From: Candidatus Bipolaricaulota bacterium
GTDB lineage: Bacteria > Bipolaricaulota > Bipolaricaulia > M55B111
DNA: 64,000 bases
Direction: 5' to 3'
NCBI GenBank assembly: GCA_018335015.1
Contig: JAGXKX010000002.1
Location: forward strand, 316 to 64,315
A model generated the notes under the pieces. The model was not told the origin of the DNA. It made no database searches and worked only from the letters and a program-made list of their open reading frames with translations. Positions 38,064 to 47,119 of this stretch are shown here, one piece after another; the stretch's first letter is position 1, and each line of letters opens with the position of its first letter. Made by a program: the position numbers and the translations under genes.

Positions 38064-38420
38064 TTTTGCACCCCGTTTTCCGTTTTGTTCAGTGAATGTT
38101 ACTAATCGAATTGGCTAAAGACAAACTCGATCAGCCTCGATCCAATCGGCTCTCGAGTGCAGAGAAGTTAATTTGTACGTTTTTTCACGGGATTGGATTT
38201 TTAATACTGGAGGCTATCGCCGATATGTCTTAGGCTACTTTTGTAGCATTTAGCTTCGCATCAATGTACAAGGTTCGTGGCAAAAGTTCGCCCTATTCAA
38301 CCTCTGTGAAAGCACCGGGGCGCTTGCCGGATTTTGGAAGTTGGATTTTGGTTCGGCTTTGCCGGGATCGTTCCCTGTTTTTTAGGAGAATTATGTTTTC
38401 GGACTCAAAGAGGAGGTACA

Positions 38421-39833
38421 GTGAAAGAAGAAGGGTATAACCCCGACGCGTTAGTTGTCGGTGCCGGGCCCGGGGGCTACACCGCGGCGATCCGGCTTGG
38501 CCAGTACGGACTGAACCCACTGGTGGTGGAGAAAGAAAACGTTGGCGGAGTCTGCTTGAACTGGGGCTGTATCCCGACCAAAACCCTATATAGCACGACG
38601 GAGCCGCTGGAAAAGCTGGAAGCTTGGGAAGAGAAAGGGATCGCTTTTTCGGACTTCGAACTTAATCGGGAACAAATGGTAGCTCATAAGGACCGAGTAG
38701 TAAAAAAGCTCACGGGAGGCGTGAAAAAATTGATCGAGGCCTCCGGAGGGCAAGTATTAGAGGGCCGAGCCGTAATGAAATCCCGCTCCGAGGCGGTAGT
38801 TAAAAAAGCAAACGGTGAAGATATCGCGATAAGACCTGAACACGTCATCATTGCTACAGGTTCCACTCCGATAGAGCTTCCCGGTTTTCCGTTCGATGAT
38901 GAAGCTGTTTGGAGTTCGCGGGACGCTGTTCGCCTCCCGAAGATTCCGGATAAGCTGGTTATCCTGGGAGGCGGAGTCATTGGTCTGGAAATGGCTACAA
39001 TTTATGGAAGGCTTGGAGTTACCGTGGAGGTTCTGGAGATGGCCGATACAGTACTACCCGGAATGAACCTCGGCAGGCGATTCTCTTCTCTACTGGGTCA
39101 GGAGCTAAAGCGATCCGGGATAAAGATACACACCGGAACGAAGGCGTTGGAGTTGAGGGAAGGTACTGCCGGTTACGAAGTAATTGCGGAAGAAGATGAA
39201 AAGCCAAGGAAGTTTAGGGCCGACAAAGTTCTATCAGCTGTCGGTAGATCACCCGTTTCGGACACGACCCTGGACGGGCTGGAACTCGAAAAGAAGGACT
39301 CGGGTTACATTGAAATTGATCAGCGCTGCAGGACCAGCGCCGAGGGAGTTTACGCGATCGGGGACGTGGCCGGTCAGCCGCTGCTCGCCCACAAGGCGTC
39401 GAGACAGGGGTTAATTGCCGCTGCAGAGATAGCCGGCGAGGAGTCAGGACAGTACAGGGTGATTCCGGCGGCAGTCTTTACGGATCCGGAATACGCTGAA
39501 GTGGGGATGTCAGTGAAGGAGGCTAAAAACCAGGGTTACCAACCCACGACCGGCAGTTTTCCGTTTAGGGCCTCTGGTAAAGCTCTTGCGATGGGCGAGA
39601 CAAAAGGGATGGTTCAGCTGGTAGTTGACAAAAGTACCGACGAGCTACTGGGAGGTGCGATACTGGGTCCGCACGCGTCCGATCTCATTGGAGAAATAGC
39701 TCTCGCAGTGGAGATGAAGATTACTGCAAAAGAGCTGGCGGAAACAGTACATACTCATCCTACCCTCTCCGAAGCGATAATGGAGGCCGCGGAAAACGTA
39801 CACGGCCAGGCTATACATACGGGAAACAGGTGA
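38421..39833 (+). CDS. lpd: dihydrolipoyl dehydrogenase
   Basis: GTG at 38421 lies 4 nt after AGGAGG (38411-38416). Motifs GAGPGGY, the redox disulfide GGVCLNWGCIPTK and the C-terminal HTHPTLSE. The track extension to 38334 is not supported. Confidence 0.9.
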   Translation: MKEEGYNPDALVVGAGPGGYTAAIRLGQYGLNPLVVEKENVGGVCLNWGCIPTKTLYSTTEPLEKLEAWEEKGIAFSDFELNREQMVAHKDRVVKKLTGGVKKLIEASGGQVLEGRAVMKSRSEAVVKKANGEDIAIRPEHVIIATGSTPIELPGFPFDDEAVWSSRDAVRLPKIPDKLVILGGGVIGLEMATIYGRLGVTVEVLEMADTVLPGMNLGRRFSSLLGQELKRSGIKIHTGTKALELREGTAGYEVIAEEDEKPRKFRADKVLSAVGRSPVSDTTLDGLELEKKDSGYIEIDQRCRTSAEGVYAIGDVAGQPLLAHKASRQGLIAAAEIAGEESGQYRVIPAAVFTDPEYAEVGMSVKEAKNQGYQPTTGSFPFRASGKALAMGETKGMVQLVVDKSTDELLGGAILGPHASDLIGEIALAVEMKITAKELAETVHTHPTLSEAIMEAAENVHGQAIHTGNR

Positions 39834-39883
39834 TGATTGGTGATAAAGGATTTGTTAGCATTAAACTATGGAGGTTGATTGAC

Positions 39884-41116
39884 ATGAAGACGATAATGAT
39901 TATTGCCGATGGAATTGGAGGAAGACCGACGGATCTGGACGGTGAAACGTGTCTACAGGTCGCGGATACGCCTGAAATTAATGATCTTCTGGCGAGACGC
40001 GGTGCCGGAGGGCTTCTGGATCCGATAAATAATGGGGTCAGGCCGGGCAGCGATACTGCTCACCTTTCACTGTTTGGGTACGATCCCTACGAGTACTATA
40101 CGGGGCGAGGAGTGTTTGAGGCAGCAGGTATAGGAATGGACCTGACGGAGAATGACGTCTGTTTCAGGACCAACTTTGCCACGATCGATTCCGACGGCAA
40201 TATCGCTGACCGAAGGGCGGGCAGAATATCCGAGGGCCAGGACGAACTGGAGAAAGCGCTGGAAGAATTAAGATCGGAAAGGTTCCCAGAAGTAGAGGTT
40301 AGGTTCAAAAGAAGCACGGAACACAGAGGCGCTCTCTGTCTGAGGGGACCGGAGCTCGGCGGAAACGTTTCGCCCACCGATCCCCACGAACTTGGTATTC
40401 CAATACCTGAATCGTCCGGGCAGGACGAAAAATCGGAGAAAACGGCTTCCGTGCTCAATGATGTTACCCGGCAGGCTCGGGAAATTCTCAGTGATCACCC
40501 GATTAATGAACAAAGGGAAAAGGAGGACAAACTTCCGGCGAATGCGATATTGTCCCGAGGTTCAGCCAAGTACCCAAACCTCCCGTCGATCGAAGAAAGG
40601 TACGAAGTAACCTCTTCAGTGATTGCTGCCGGCGCGCTCTATATAGGGGTAGCCAGGGTGGCCGGAATGGAGTTCAAGCCCGTCGAGGGTGCTACGGGTA
40701 CAGTGGATTCCAATATTCTAAACAAGGCGAAAATGGCGGTCAATGAGCTGGAAGGAGGTAAAGATTTGGTATTTGTTCACTTCAAGGGAGCTGACAACGC
40801 TTCCCACGACCACGACCCCGAAGCAAAAGCCAAGTACATAGAAAAAGTAGACGATACAATTGGCTGGCTTAAAAAGAACCTTGACTGGGAGAAAACCCAC
40901 ATTTCCTTTGCCGGAGATCACTCTTCGCCTGTCCAGTACGGTGATCACGTCGCCGACCCCGTGCCGGCAATGATTGCGGGTCCAAACGTGAGGAGGGACC
41001 AGTTAAAGACCTTCGACGAGTACAGCTGCATGGGAGGGGGGCTAGGTAGATTTAGTGGCAACCTTTTACCGATGACTCTCTCCTATAGCAACGAACTGCC
41101 TAAGTTCGGAGCCTAA
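39884..41116 (+). CDS. apgM: cofactor-independent phosphoglycerate mutase, archaeal type
   Basis: ATG 39884 has a GGAGG RBS. The N-terminus IMIIADGIGGRP and the metalloenzyme-superfamily motifs (GSDTAH, DNASHDHD, GDHS) are typical of ApgM. Confidence 0.85.
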   Translation: MKTIMIIADGIGGRPTDLDGETCLQVADTPEINDLLARRGAGGLLDPINNGVRPGSDTAHLSLFGYDPYEYYTGRGVFEAAGIGMDLTENDVCFRTNFATIDSDGNIADRRAGRISEGQDELEKALEELRSERFPEVEVRFKRSTEHRGALCLRGPELGGNVSPTDPHELGIPIPESSGQDEKSEKTASVLNDVTRQAREILSDHPINEQREKEDKLPANAILSRGSAKYPNLPSIEERYEVTSSVIAAGALYIGVARVAGMEFKPVEGATGTVDSNILNKAKMAVNELEGGKDLVFVHFKGADNASHDHDPEAKAKYIEKVDDTIGWLKKNLDWEKTHISFAGDHSSPVQYGDHVADPVPAMIAGPNVRRDQLKTFDEYSCMGGGLGRFSGNLLPMTLSYSNELPKFGA

Positions 41117-41178
41117 AACTCGGTACCAGGGTAATGGTCCGGCAAACCCGGGCCATTTCAACTACCCGGGAGGTAGGG

Positions 41179-41757
41179 ATGGGAGAGATAAGTGAGGGAG
41201 ATAGAAAAATAGTAAAAAGGCAGCTCGGAAAGGATCCCCGGGGGTTGCTGGATATTCCCGTACGATGCCGCTTCGGGTATCCCGTGGTTCTCACTACCAA
41301 GCCAGTAATACGTGATAAAGAGGGGTTCGAGATATTTCCAACTCTATTTTGGCTTAGCTGTCCTAAACGGGTCGAAGAAGTCGCCCGGATTGAATCGGAC
41401 GGTTACGTCCGGAAACTGGAAGAAGAAATTGCCTCTAATCCTTCTTTGAAAGAAGAATACCGGCGGGACGAAGAACGATACCTGGAAACCCAAAGATCCT
41501 TATTGTCGGAGGAGGATCTGAAGTTCTTAGAGGAAAGGGGATTAGAGGACGCTCTATCGCGGGGGATCGGAGGCATTAAAAGCGACGAGCACCTCAAGTG
41601 TCTTCACCTACATATCGCCCATCAACTTGCGGGAGAGAACGTACTGGGAGAACTAATCCAGGAGAGGTTTGACCTGGGGGATTGTTCCGATGATCGAATT
41701 CGGTGTGAAAAGTTTATCCAGGAAGAGTCCGAAGAACAATTGGAACGTTCGTCCTGA
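41179..41757 (+). CDS. DUF501 domain protein
   Basis: RCRFGYPVVLTT...FPTLFWLSCP resembles DUF501 as I recall it. ATG 41179 has GGGAGG 6 nt upstream, and the alternative start is 41134. Confidence 0.65.
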   Translation: MGEISEGDRKIVKRQLGKDPRGLLDIPVRCRFGYPVVLTTKPVIRDKEGFEIFPTLFWLSCPKRVEEVARIESDGYVRKLEEEIASNPSLKEEYRRDEERYLETQRSLLSEEDLKFLEERGLEDALSRGIGGIKSDEHLKCLHLHIAHQLAGENVLGELIQERFDLGDCSDDRIRCEKFIQEESEEQLERSS

Positions 41758-41763
41758 ACGAGG

Positions 41764-42969
41764 TTATTCTTCGTATTGAGCTAGCCCTTTTCCGATAAGG
41801 TCAGCTACTCTTTCAAGGTTTTTTCTATTTAGTACGTAACTTAACCTGACCTGATCTCTCCCCTTTCCGGGGGTATTGTAGAACCCCTCTCCGGGAGCCA
41901 TCATTACCGTCTCACCGTTATCTCTGAAATCAGTAAGCATCCATCGGACGAAGTCCTCCGCGTCTTCCACCGGCAAACTCACCATTAGGTAGAAGGCCCC
42001 GTCGGGTTTACCGAAGTCAAGACCCTCGACTCCCTCGAGATGCTTCAGAAGCGTGTTCCTCCTCTTCTCGTAACGATCTATCATCGCCTCTATCTCTTCA
42101 GGGTAGGACGAGGAATTTAGAAAATTGGTCAATCCCAGCTGACCCATAGTTGGGGGTGATAGTCTGGATTGACCCAGGCGAAGGGCGGTGTTCATGATTT
42201 TCTCGTTTCGACTGGCAAGCGTTCCTATCCTGGCTCCGCACCCGCTGAGCCTCTTGGATATGCTGTCAATCATTATAGCCCGGTCCTCCATTCCTTCCAG
42301 GTTGAGCGCACTCACCGGCCGCGAATCACCGTAAGCGAACTCCCGGTAAACTTCGTCCGAGATCAGGAATAGGTCGTTTTCCATGACGACCCTCCTGGCC
42401 GTACTAATTTCCCGGTCGGTATAAACCCTGCCGGTCGGGTTGCTCGGATTTGTGAGCAACAGGGCTCCAGTCTTTTCCGTTACCAAATTTTCGATTTCTG
42501 TTTGTTCCGGCAGGGCAAAATTATTTGCTCTTTCGGTGGGTATAGGTCTGATCTCAACTCCGGTCATCTGGGCGAAGCCCCTGTAGTTAGTATAGAAAGG
42601 TTCGGGGATTAGTATCTCTTCTCCCTGTTCGAGTGTCGTATAAAAGGCAAATAGCCCTGCCTCGCTCCCACCGGTCGTTACCATTAATTCATCCGAACTG
42701 AGCTCAATTCTCTGGTCATTGTAGTAACCGGTTAAACTTTCTAGAACCTTCCTTATGCCTTTTGATGGGCTGTATTCGAGAACGTCTATATTTGCCTCTC
42801 TTATACCTCGCATGAATTCTTCCGGCGTGGCGATATCGGGCTGGCCGATATTTACGTGATATACTTTGACCCCTTCGTCTTTAGCCCTGTCTGCCAGTGG
42901 ATTAAGCTTCCTTATGGGTGATTCCGGAAAGTTCAAAGCCCTGGACGAAATCTTCAACGGGTTGGTCAT
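41764..42969 (-). CDS. class I/II PLP-dependent aminotransferase (aspartate/aromatic type)
   Basis: 401-aa ORF with NPSNPTG and the SISKRLSGCGARIG (SxSK lysine) motif. Confidence 0.9.
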   Translation of the reverse strand: MTNPLKISSRALNFPESPIRKLNPLADRAKDEGVKVYHVNIGQPDIATPEEFMRGIREANIDVLEYSPSKGIRKVLESLTGYYNDQRIELSSDELMVTTGGSEAGLFAFYTTLEQGEEILIPEPFYTNYRGFAQMTGVEIRPIPTERANNFALPEQTEIENLVTEKTGALLLTNPSNPTGRVYTDREISTARRVVMENDLFLISDEVYREFAYGDSRPVSALNLEGMEDRAIMIDSISKRLSGCGARIGTLASRNEKIMNTALRLGQSRLSPPTMGQLGLTNFLNSSSYPEEIEAMIDRYEKRRNTLLKHLEGVEGLDFGKPDGAFYLMVSLPVEDAEDFVRWMLTDFRDNGETVMMAPGEGFYNTPGKGRDQVRLSYVLNRKNLERVADLIGKGLAQYEE

Positions 42970-42993
42970 TTTACCTCCTATGCGGTCTAGTGG

Positions 42994-44181
42994 TCAATCT
43001 ACCAGCTCGTGTTCGTTGTTTAATTCATGGAAATTTGTTCTGTTTCTAAGCCCGTTTAATACGGATGGATAGCAATTCTTATCCCCCACCAGGATTGCCC
43101 CGATAAGTTCTCCGCTTCCGTTCAAAAAGAATTTTTTGTAAACTCGATTCTCTTTTTCTCTGTCGGTTAATACTTTATTTGCCTCTTCTTCGTTCCTCTC
43201 TCCGGCGGAAATAAGGTCTATCCCGGCGACTTTTAGCTGATAATAGCTGAGGCTACCGTCGTATTCCTTCTCTTCTCCGAGTAAGTTTCGCCCTGCTATC
43301 TTACCCTGTTCTTGGGCAGGGGGCCATATTCCGTAACACTGGCCGTTTTGCTCGATTGCGTCACCGGCAGCGAAAATATCAGGCCTGGAGGTTCGGAGAT
43401 TTTTGTCGACGACGATTCCTCTTTCAGTTTCCAGTCCCGCGCCAGTTGCCAGTTTGGTCCTTGGAGAGACACCTGCGGAGATTATAGTTAAGTCCGTCTT
43501 AATTTTTTTGCCAGTGTCAAGTACGGCGGAAGTAATTATTTCTTTTCCGGATAGCTCCCTTACTTTGGCGTCGAGTTCGAAATCAATCCCAGTTTTTTCA
43601 AGTCTCGATTTAACGTATCTTGATCCAATTTTGTCGAGTTGTTTTCCCATGATCAGCGGCAGCGCTTCAACTACCGTTACTTTGATCCCTTGCTGATTCA
43701 GGGCATAAGCTGATTCGAGCCCGAGAAGCCCTCCCCCGATAACAACGGCTTTTTCCACCTCCGATAAGCGAGATTTGATCTTCTGAACGTCTTTCAGAGT
43801 GCGGAGGGAGAACACGTTACCCCTGTTAAGACTTTTGATCGGAGGGAGTAAAGGTTTTGCGCCCGGGGCAAGCAAAAGTTTTTCATAAGAAGCCTGATCG
43901 CCGGATTCGGTTTTAACGACTTTTGCCTCCGGGCGAATTTCGGTGATAGTAGTTTCCAGCTGTAAATCCAGTCCCCGACCCGCGTACCACTGACTATTGT
44001 GAATGATAATATCTTCGGGGGCCGTTTCCCCCCCAAGTACCTCTCCCAGTCTAGTGCGCTGGTAGAACGGGTACTCTTCCCTGGAAAATATTCTCAAGTC
44101 AAATTGCTTATCGGAACGCGCGATCACTGTTGCTGCTGAGTCTCCAGCAACCCCGTTTCCGATTATTATAATGTCACTCAC
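42994..44181 (-). CDS. NAD(P)/FAD-dependent pyridine nucleotide-disulfide oxidoreductase family protein
   Basis: IIIIGNGVAGDSAA (FAD), VVIGGGLLGLE (NAD) and AAGD motifs. It resembles the NirB N-terminal / rubredoxin reductase type. Confidence 0.8.
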   Translation of the reverse strand: MSDIIIIGNGVAGDSAATVIARSDKQFDLRIFSREEYPFYQRTRLGEVLGGETAPEDIIIHNSQWYAGRGLDLQLETTITEIRPEAKVVKTESGDQASYEKLLLAPGAKPLLPPIKSLNRGNVFSLRTLKDVQKIKSRLSEVEKAVVIGGGLLGLESAYALNQQGIKVTVVEALPLIMGKQLDKIGSRYVKSRLEKTGIDFELDAKVRELSGKEIITSAVLDTGKKIKTDLTIISAGVSPRTKLATGAGLETERGIVVDKNLRTSRPDIFAAGDAIEQNGQCYGIWPPAQEQGKIAGRNLLGEEKEYDGSLSYYQLKVAGIDLISAGERNEEEANKVLTDREKENRVYKKFFLNGSGELIGAILVGDKNCYPSVLNGLRNRTNFHELNNEHELVD

Positions 44182-44294
44182 TTATGCCCCCTAATAATTT
44201 CCGGATACGGAAAAAGTAGCCTATTCCTGCCCCCACGGGCCTAAATTTATATCCGAGCAACCGGTCTTCCCCGACAGTGAAAATCTATTTCGAG

Positions 44295-44699
44295 TTATGA
44301 CTCCTCTAATATAAGATATTCTCGACTTTCTCCTTTTCGCCACTCCCTTTCCACAAGGTGGAGTTTTTCTCTCACTGAATTGAGTGCGGCCTCGATCTCT
44401 AACTCGTGTGAAATTATTGGAACGAAATCCTTACTTATTTCCGCCAGCTTAGGACCCATCTGGTGGGCCAATAGTACGTTGGCAGATTTCGCCTTTAACA
44501 GGGAAGAAATGTTTTTTGCCTTTAACTCCTCGCCCGATTCCTTATCTTTGGGATTTTCTAGTGAGATATTTTCAACTTCCTCGATAAACTCAAAATCCTG
44601 TACGTTTATTTTGTATATGTGGAAGCAGGGTGCATTACCAAAATGGTCTTCGAATAAAAGTTCCCCCTCAGAAGTTCCGCAAGCTACGATTGGTTTCAT
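44295..44699 (-). CDS. NifB/NifX-family (dinitrogenase FeMo-cofactor-binding fold) small protein
   Basis: ATG 44699 has a GAGGAGG RBS. The N-terminus MKPIVACGTSEGELLFEDHFGNAPCFHIY resembles the NifX/NifB C-terminal domain family. The track extension is not supported. Confidence 0.65.
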   Translation of the reverse strand: MKPIVACGTSEGELLFEDHFGNAPCFHIYKINVQDFEFIEEVENISLENPKDKESGEELKAKNISSLLKAKSANVLLAHQMGPKLAEISKDFVPIISHELEIEAALNSVREKLHLVEREWRKGESREYLILEES

Positions 44700-44957
44700 T
44701 TTTCCTCCTCTGGTCACTTGGCCGGTAAAGATTATGTCCACAAGTTTTGCCGATATCAACATAAAAGACTGCCGAAATTAGCCCCTGCCCCAGTATTTGC
44801 GCCGGGGTCTCGGGATTTTTGAAATGGAAAGCGCGTTTGAACGAGAAAGATCTAACTCCCGTGCGGTTGCTTTAGTTAATCTGTACAATATAATCTTTTT
44901 CATAACAATTCTTGTTAATTAACAGGACCACGGTTGAATCAGGGGAGGAATAGAAAT

Positions 44958-45767
44958 TTGTCCAAGGGTAACGAATATCTCGAAGAAGTAATTGGCCTCA
45001 CGAGAAAAGCAGGTGCCGAGGTACTAAAGTACTACGATAAAAATTATTCTATAGAGGCGAAAAAGGACGACAGCCCGGTAACAGAGGCGGACTACGCCTC
45101 TGAGGATATATTAATTAGCGGTTTAAAAGACACTGAACCTGGAATGGTTGCCGAAGAAGCCGGTAGGGTTCCGGGTGAGACTCAAGAAAGCTACTGGATA
45201 GTAGATCCACTGGACGGGACACAGGATTTCATAGATAAGACAGGAGAGTTTTCCGTAATGGTTGGTCTGCTGGTGAATGGAGAACCCACGCTCGGGGTCG
45301 TATTTGCACCGGCCCGGGAAAAACTCTGGTACGCGGTTAAAGGCGGGGGCGCATATCTGCTCGAGGGTGGAACCGAATCAAGGATTGAGGTCGCCGGAAA
45401 AGGGAACCTGGAGGATTACGTATTGATTGCCAGCCGGAACCACTTCAGCCCTCGCGACGAAGCTGTTGCCGATAAGCTGGGAGTTCAGGATATTATCCGG
45501 ATGGGGAGCCTCGGAATTAAATTCTGTGCAATTGCTGAAGGACGAGCGGATCTCGTCTATTATACCACCGATCGTCTGGGAATCTGGGATTGTTGCGCTC
45601 CACAAGTTATTCTGGAAGAAGCTGGCGGAGAAGCTTTTGACGTAAAGGGAAGAGGGTTGGTTTACGATCTGGATCGAAGAAGGATGGCCCACGGAATTGT
45701 AGGTATAGGTGGCGAAAACCGGCGAGAAGTAGTAAAAATTCTGGATAGTAACATCACTGGATTTTAG
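44958..45767 (+). CDS. inositol monophosphatase / CysQ-type 3'(2'),5'-bisphosphate nucleotidase family protein
   Basis: AEEAG, WIVDPLDGTQDF and WDCCAP motifs. TTG 44958 has GGAGG 9 nt upstream, and the track start is TTG 44934. Confidence 0.8.
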   Translation: MSKGNEYLEEVIGLTRKAGAEVLKYYDKNYSIEAKKDDSPVTEADYASEDILISGLKDTEPGMVAEEAGRVPGETQESYWIVDPLDGTQDFIDKTGEFSVMVGLLVNGEPTLGVVFAPAREKLWYAVKGGGAYLLEGGTESRIEVAGKGNLEDYVLIASRNHFSPRDEAVADKLGVQDIIRMGSLGIKFCAIAEGRADLVYYTTDRLGIWDCCAPQVILEEAGGEAFDVKGRGLVYDLDRRRMAHGIVGIGGENRREVVKILDSNITGF

Positions 45768-45803
45768 CGATAGTAGTTATAGGAAAAGATAGATTAACAA
45801 TGA

Positions 45804-46003
45804 CTCAGTGTTTTCACCACCGTCGGAAGCAAGGTGAAGGTCACTAGGAATCACTATATTTTTTAGTTCAAGCCTCCTGCCTCTTACCTGGCTGCCGGAT
45901 TTCGTCTACTGGTAGAATTTTAAGGTTAAATCAGTTGCCAGGGAAGAAACAGGAGGCACAGGAGGACAAAACAATGATGTACGGGGATGGTGAAAGAACT
46001 GAG
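45804..46003 (+). repeat. MITE-like element, copy j (subfamily 1) flanked by a 5-bp direct repeat
   Basis: Termini CTCAGTGTTTTCACCACC and ATGGTGAAAGAACTGAG. Core at 45872-45957. TATATT box at 45855-45860. AATGA occurs immediately outside both ends (45799-45803 and 46004-46008). Confidence 0.9.
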
Positions 46004-46123
46004 AATGATTAACGATCATCCGTTGGAGTTTTAGATAAGTTGTCTAAATTTTATCTCGTTCGAGAGAACCTCTATAGACTAAGCCGTTTCCCGGTTCAAA
46101 TAGACTAGGCCGAGGAGGTAAAT

Positions 46124-46942
46124 ATGGTAATATTGAGCTGGTTTAAATCCATAAACCCTGTCTCCCAGGCGCTTGTTGCCACCGGCTTTACGTGGTTCCT
46201 GACGGCCGGCGGAGCAGGATTAGTGTTCTTTTTTAGAGAGGTGAACCGTAAGGTTCTTGATTTCATGCTCGGGTTTGCCGCCGGAGTGATGGTAGCGGCT
46301 AGTTACTGGTCGTTACTGGCTCCGGCAATCGATATGGCTGCCGATTCGGTCCTTCCCGCTTTTATCCCGGCGGCGGTTGGATTTATGTTTGGCGGTATAT
46401 TTCTTCGAGTTATCGATAGGTACATGCCCCACCTCCACCTTGGTTTTCCCATGGAGGATGCGGAGGGTGTAAAAACCAGTCTGCACAGAAGCGTTCTATT
46501 GATTCTGGCTATAACGATTCACAACATTCCAGAGGGGCTGGCGGTGGGGGTAGCTTTCGGGGCACTGGCCGCCGATTTACCCACTGCGACTTTAGGAGGA
46601 GCTATGGCACTGGCTCTCGGAATAGGAATTCAAAACTTTCCGGAAGGTACTTCGGTCTCTGTACCATTGCGTAGGGAAGGGTTTTCTCGGCGACGCAGTT
46701 TCTGGTACGGACAGCTCTCCGGGGTGGTTGAGCCGATATCGGGTTACCTGGGAGCGATAGCGGTTATAGTAGTTAGGCCACTTTTACCCTACGCTCTCGC
46801 TTTTGCAGCGGGAGCGATGATATTCGTCGTGGTCGAGGAACTGGTGCCTGAAGCTCAGGTCGAAGGAAATGCGGATATAGCTACAATGGGAGTAATGGTC
46901 GGGTTCACGATAATGATGACTCTTGACGTCGCTCTCGGTTAA
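46124..46942 (+). CDS. ZIP family divalent metal transporter (ZupT-like)
   Basis: 272-aa polytopic ORF with an [10 protein letters not shown] motif. Confidence 0.85.
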   Translation: MVILSWFKSINPVSQALVATGFTWFLTAGGAGLVFFFREVNRKVLDFMLGFAAGVMVAASYWSLLAPAIDMAADSVLPAFIPAAVGFMFGGIFLRVIDRYMPHLHLGFPMEDAEGVKTSLHRSVLLILAITIHNIPEGLAVGVAFGALAADLPTATLGGAMALALGIGIQNFPEGTSVSVPLRREGFSRRRSFWYGQLSGVVEPISGYLGAIAVIVVRPLLPYALAFAAGAMIFVVVEELVPEAQVEGNADIATMGVMVGFTIMMTLDVALG

Positions 46943-47119
46943 CCGGGTTCTGGGTCCTTTTTAGGTCGGTCCGAACGAAAACCTGCCCCCTGAGATCCGG
47001 TGTTTACCGTTCTGGCATTTACATTTCCATTCATTTATGATATTAAAAAAGCCAACCGATTTAGCGGTTCTCAAGATAGGGGCAACATAATTTCAGGAGC
47101 GCGGACTTAGCGTAAAATA

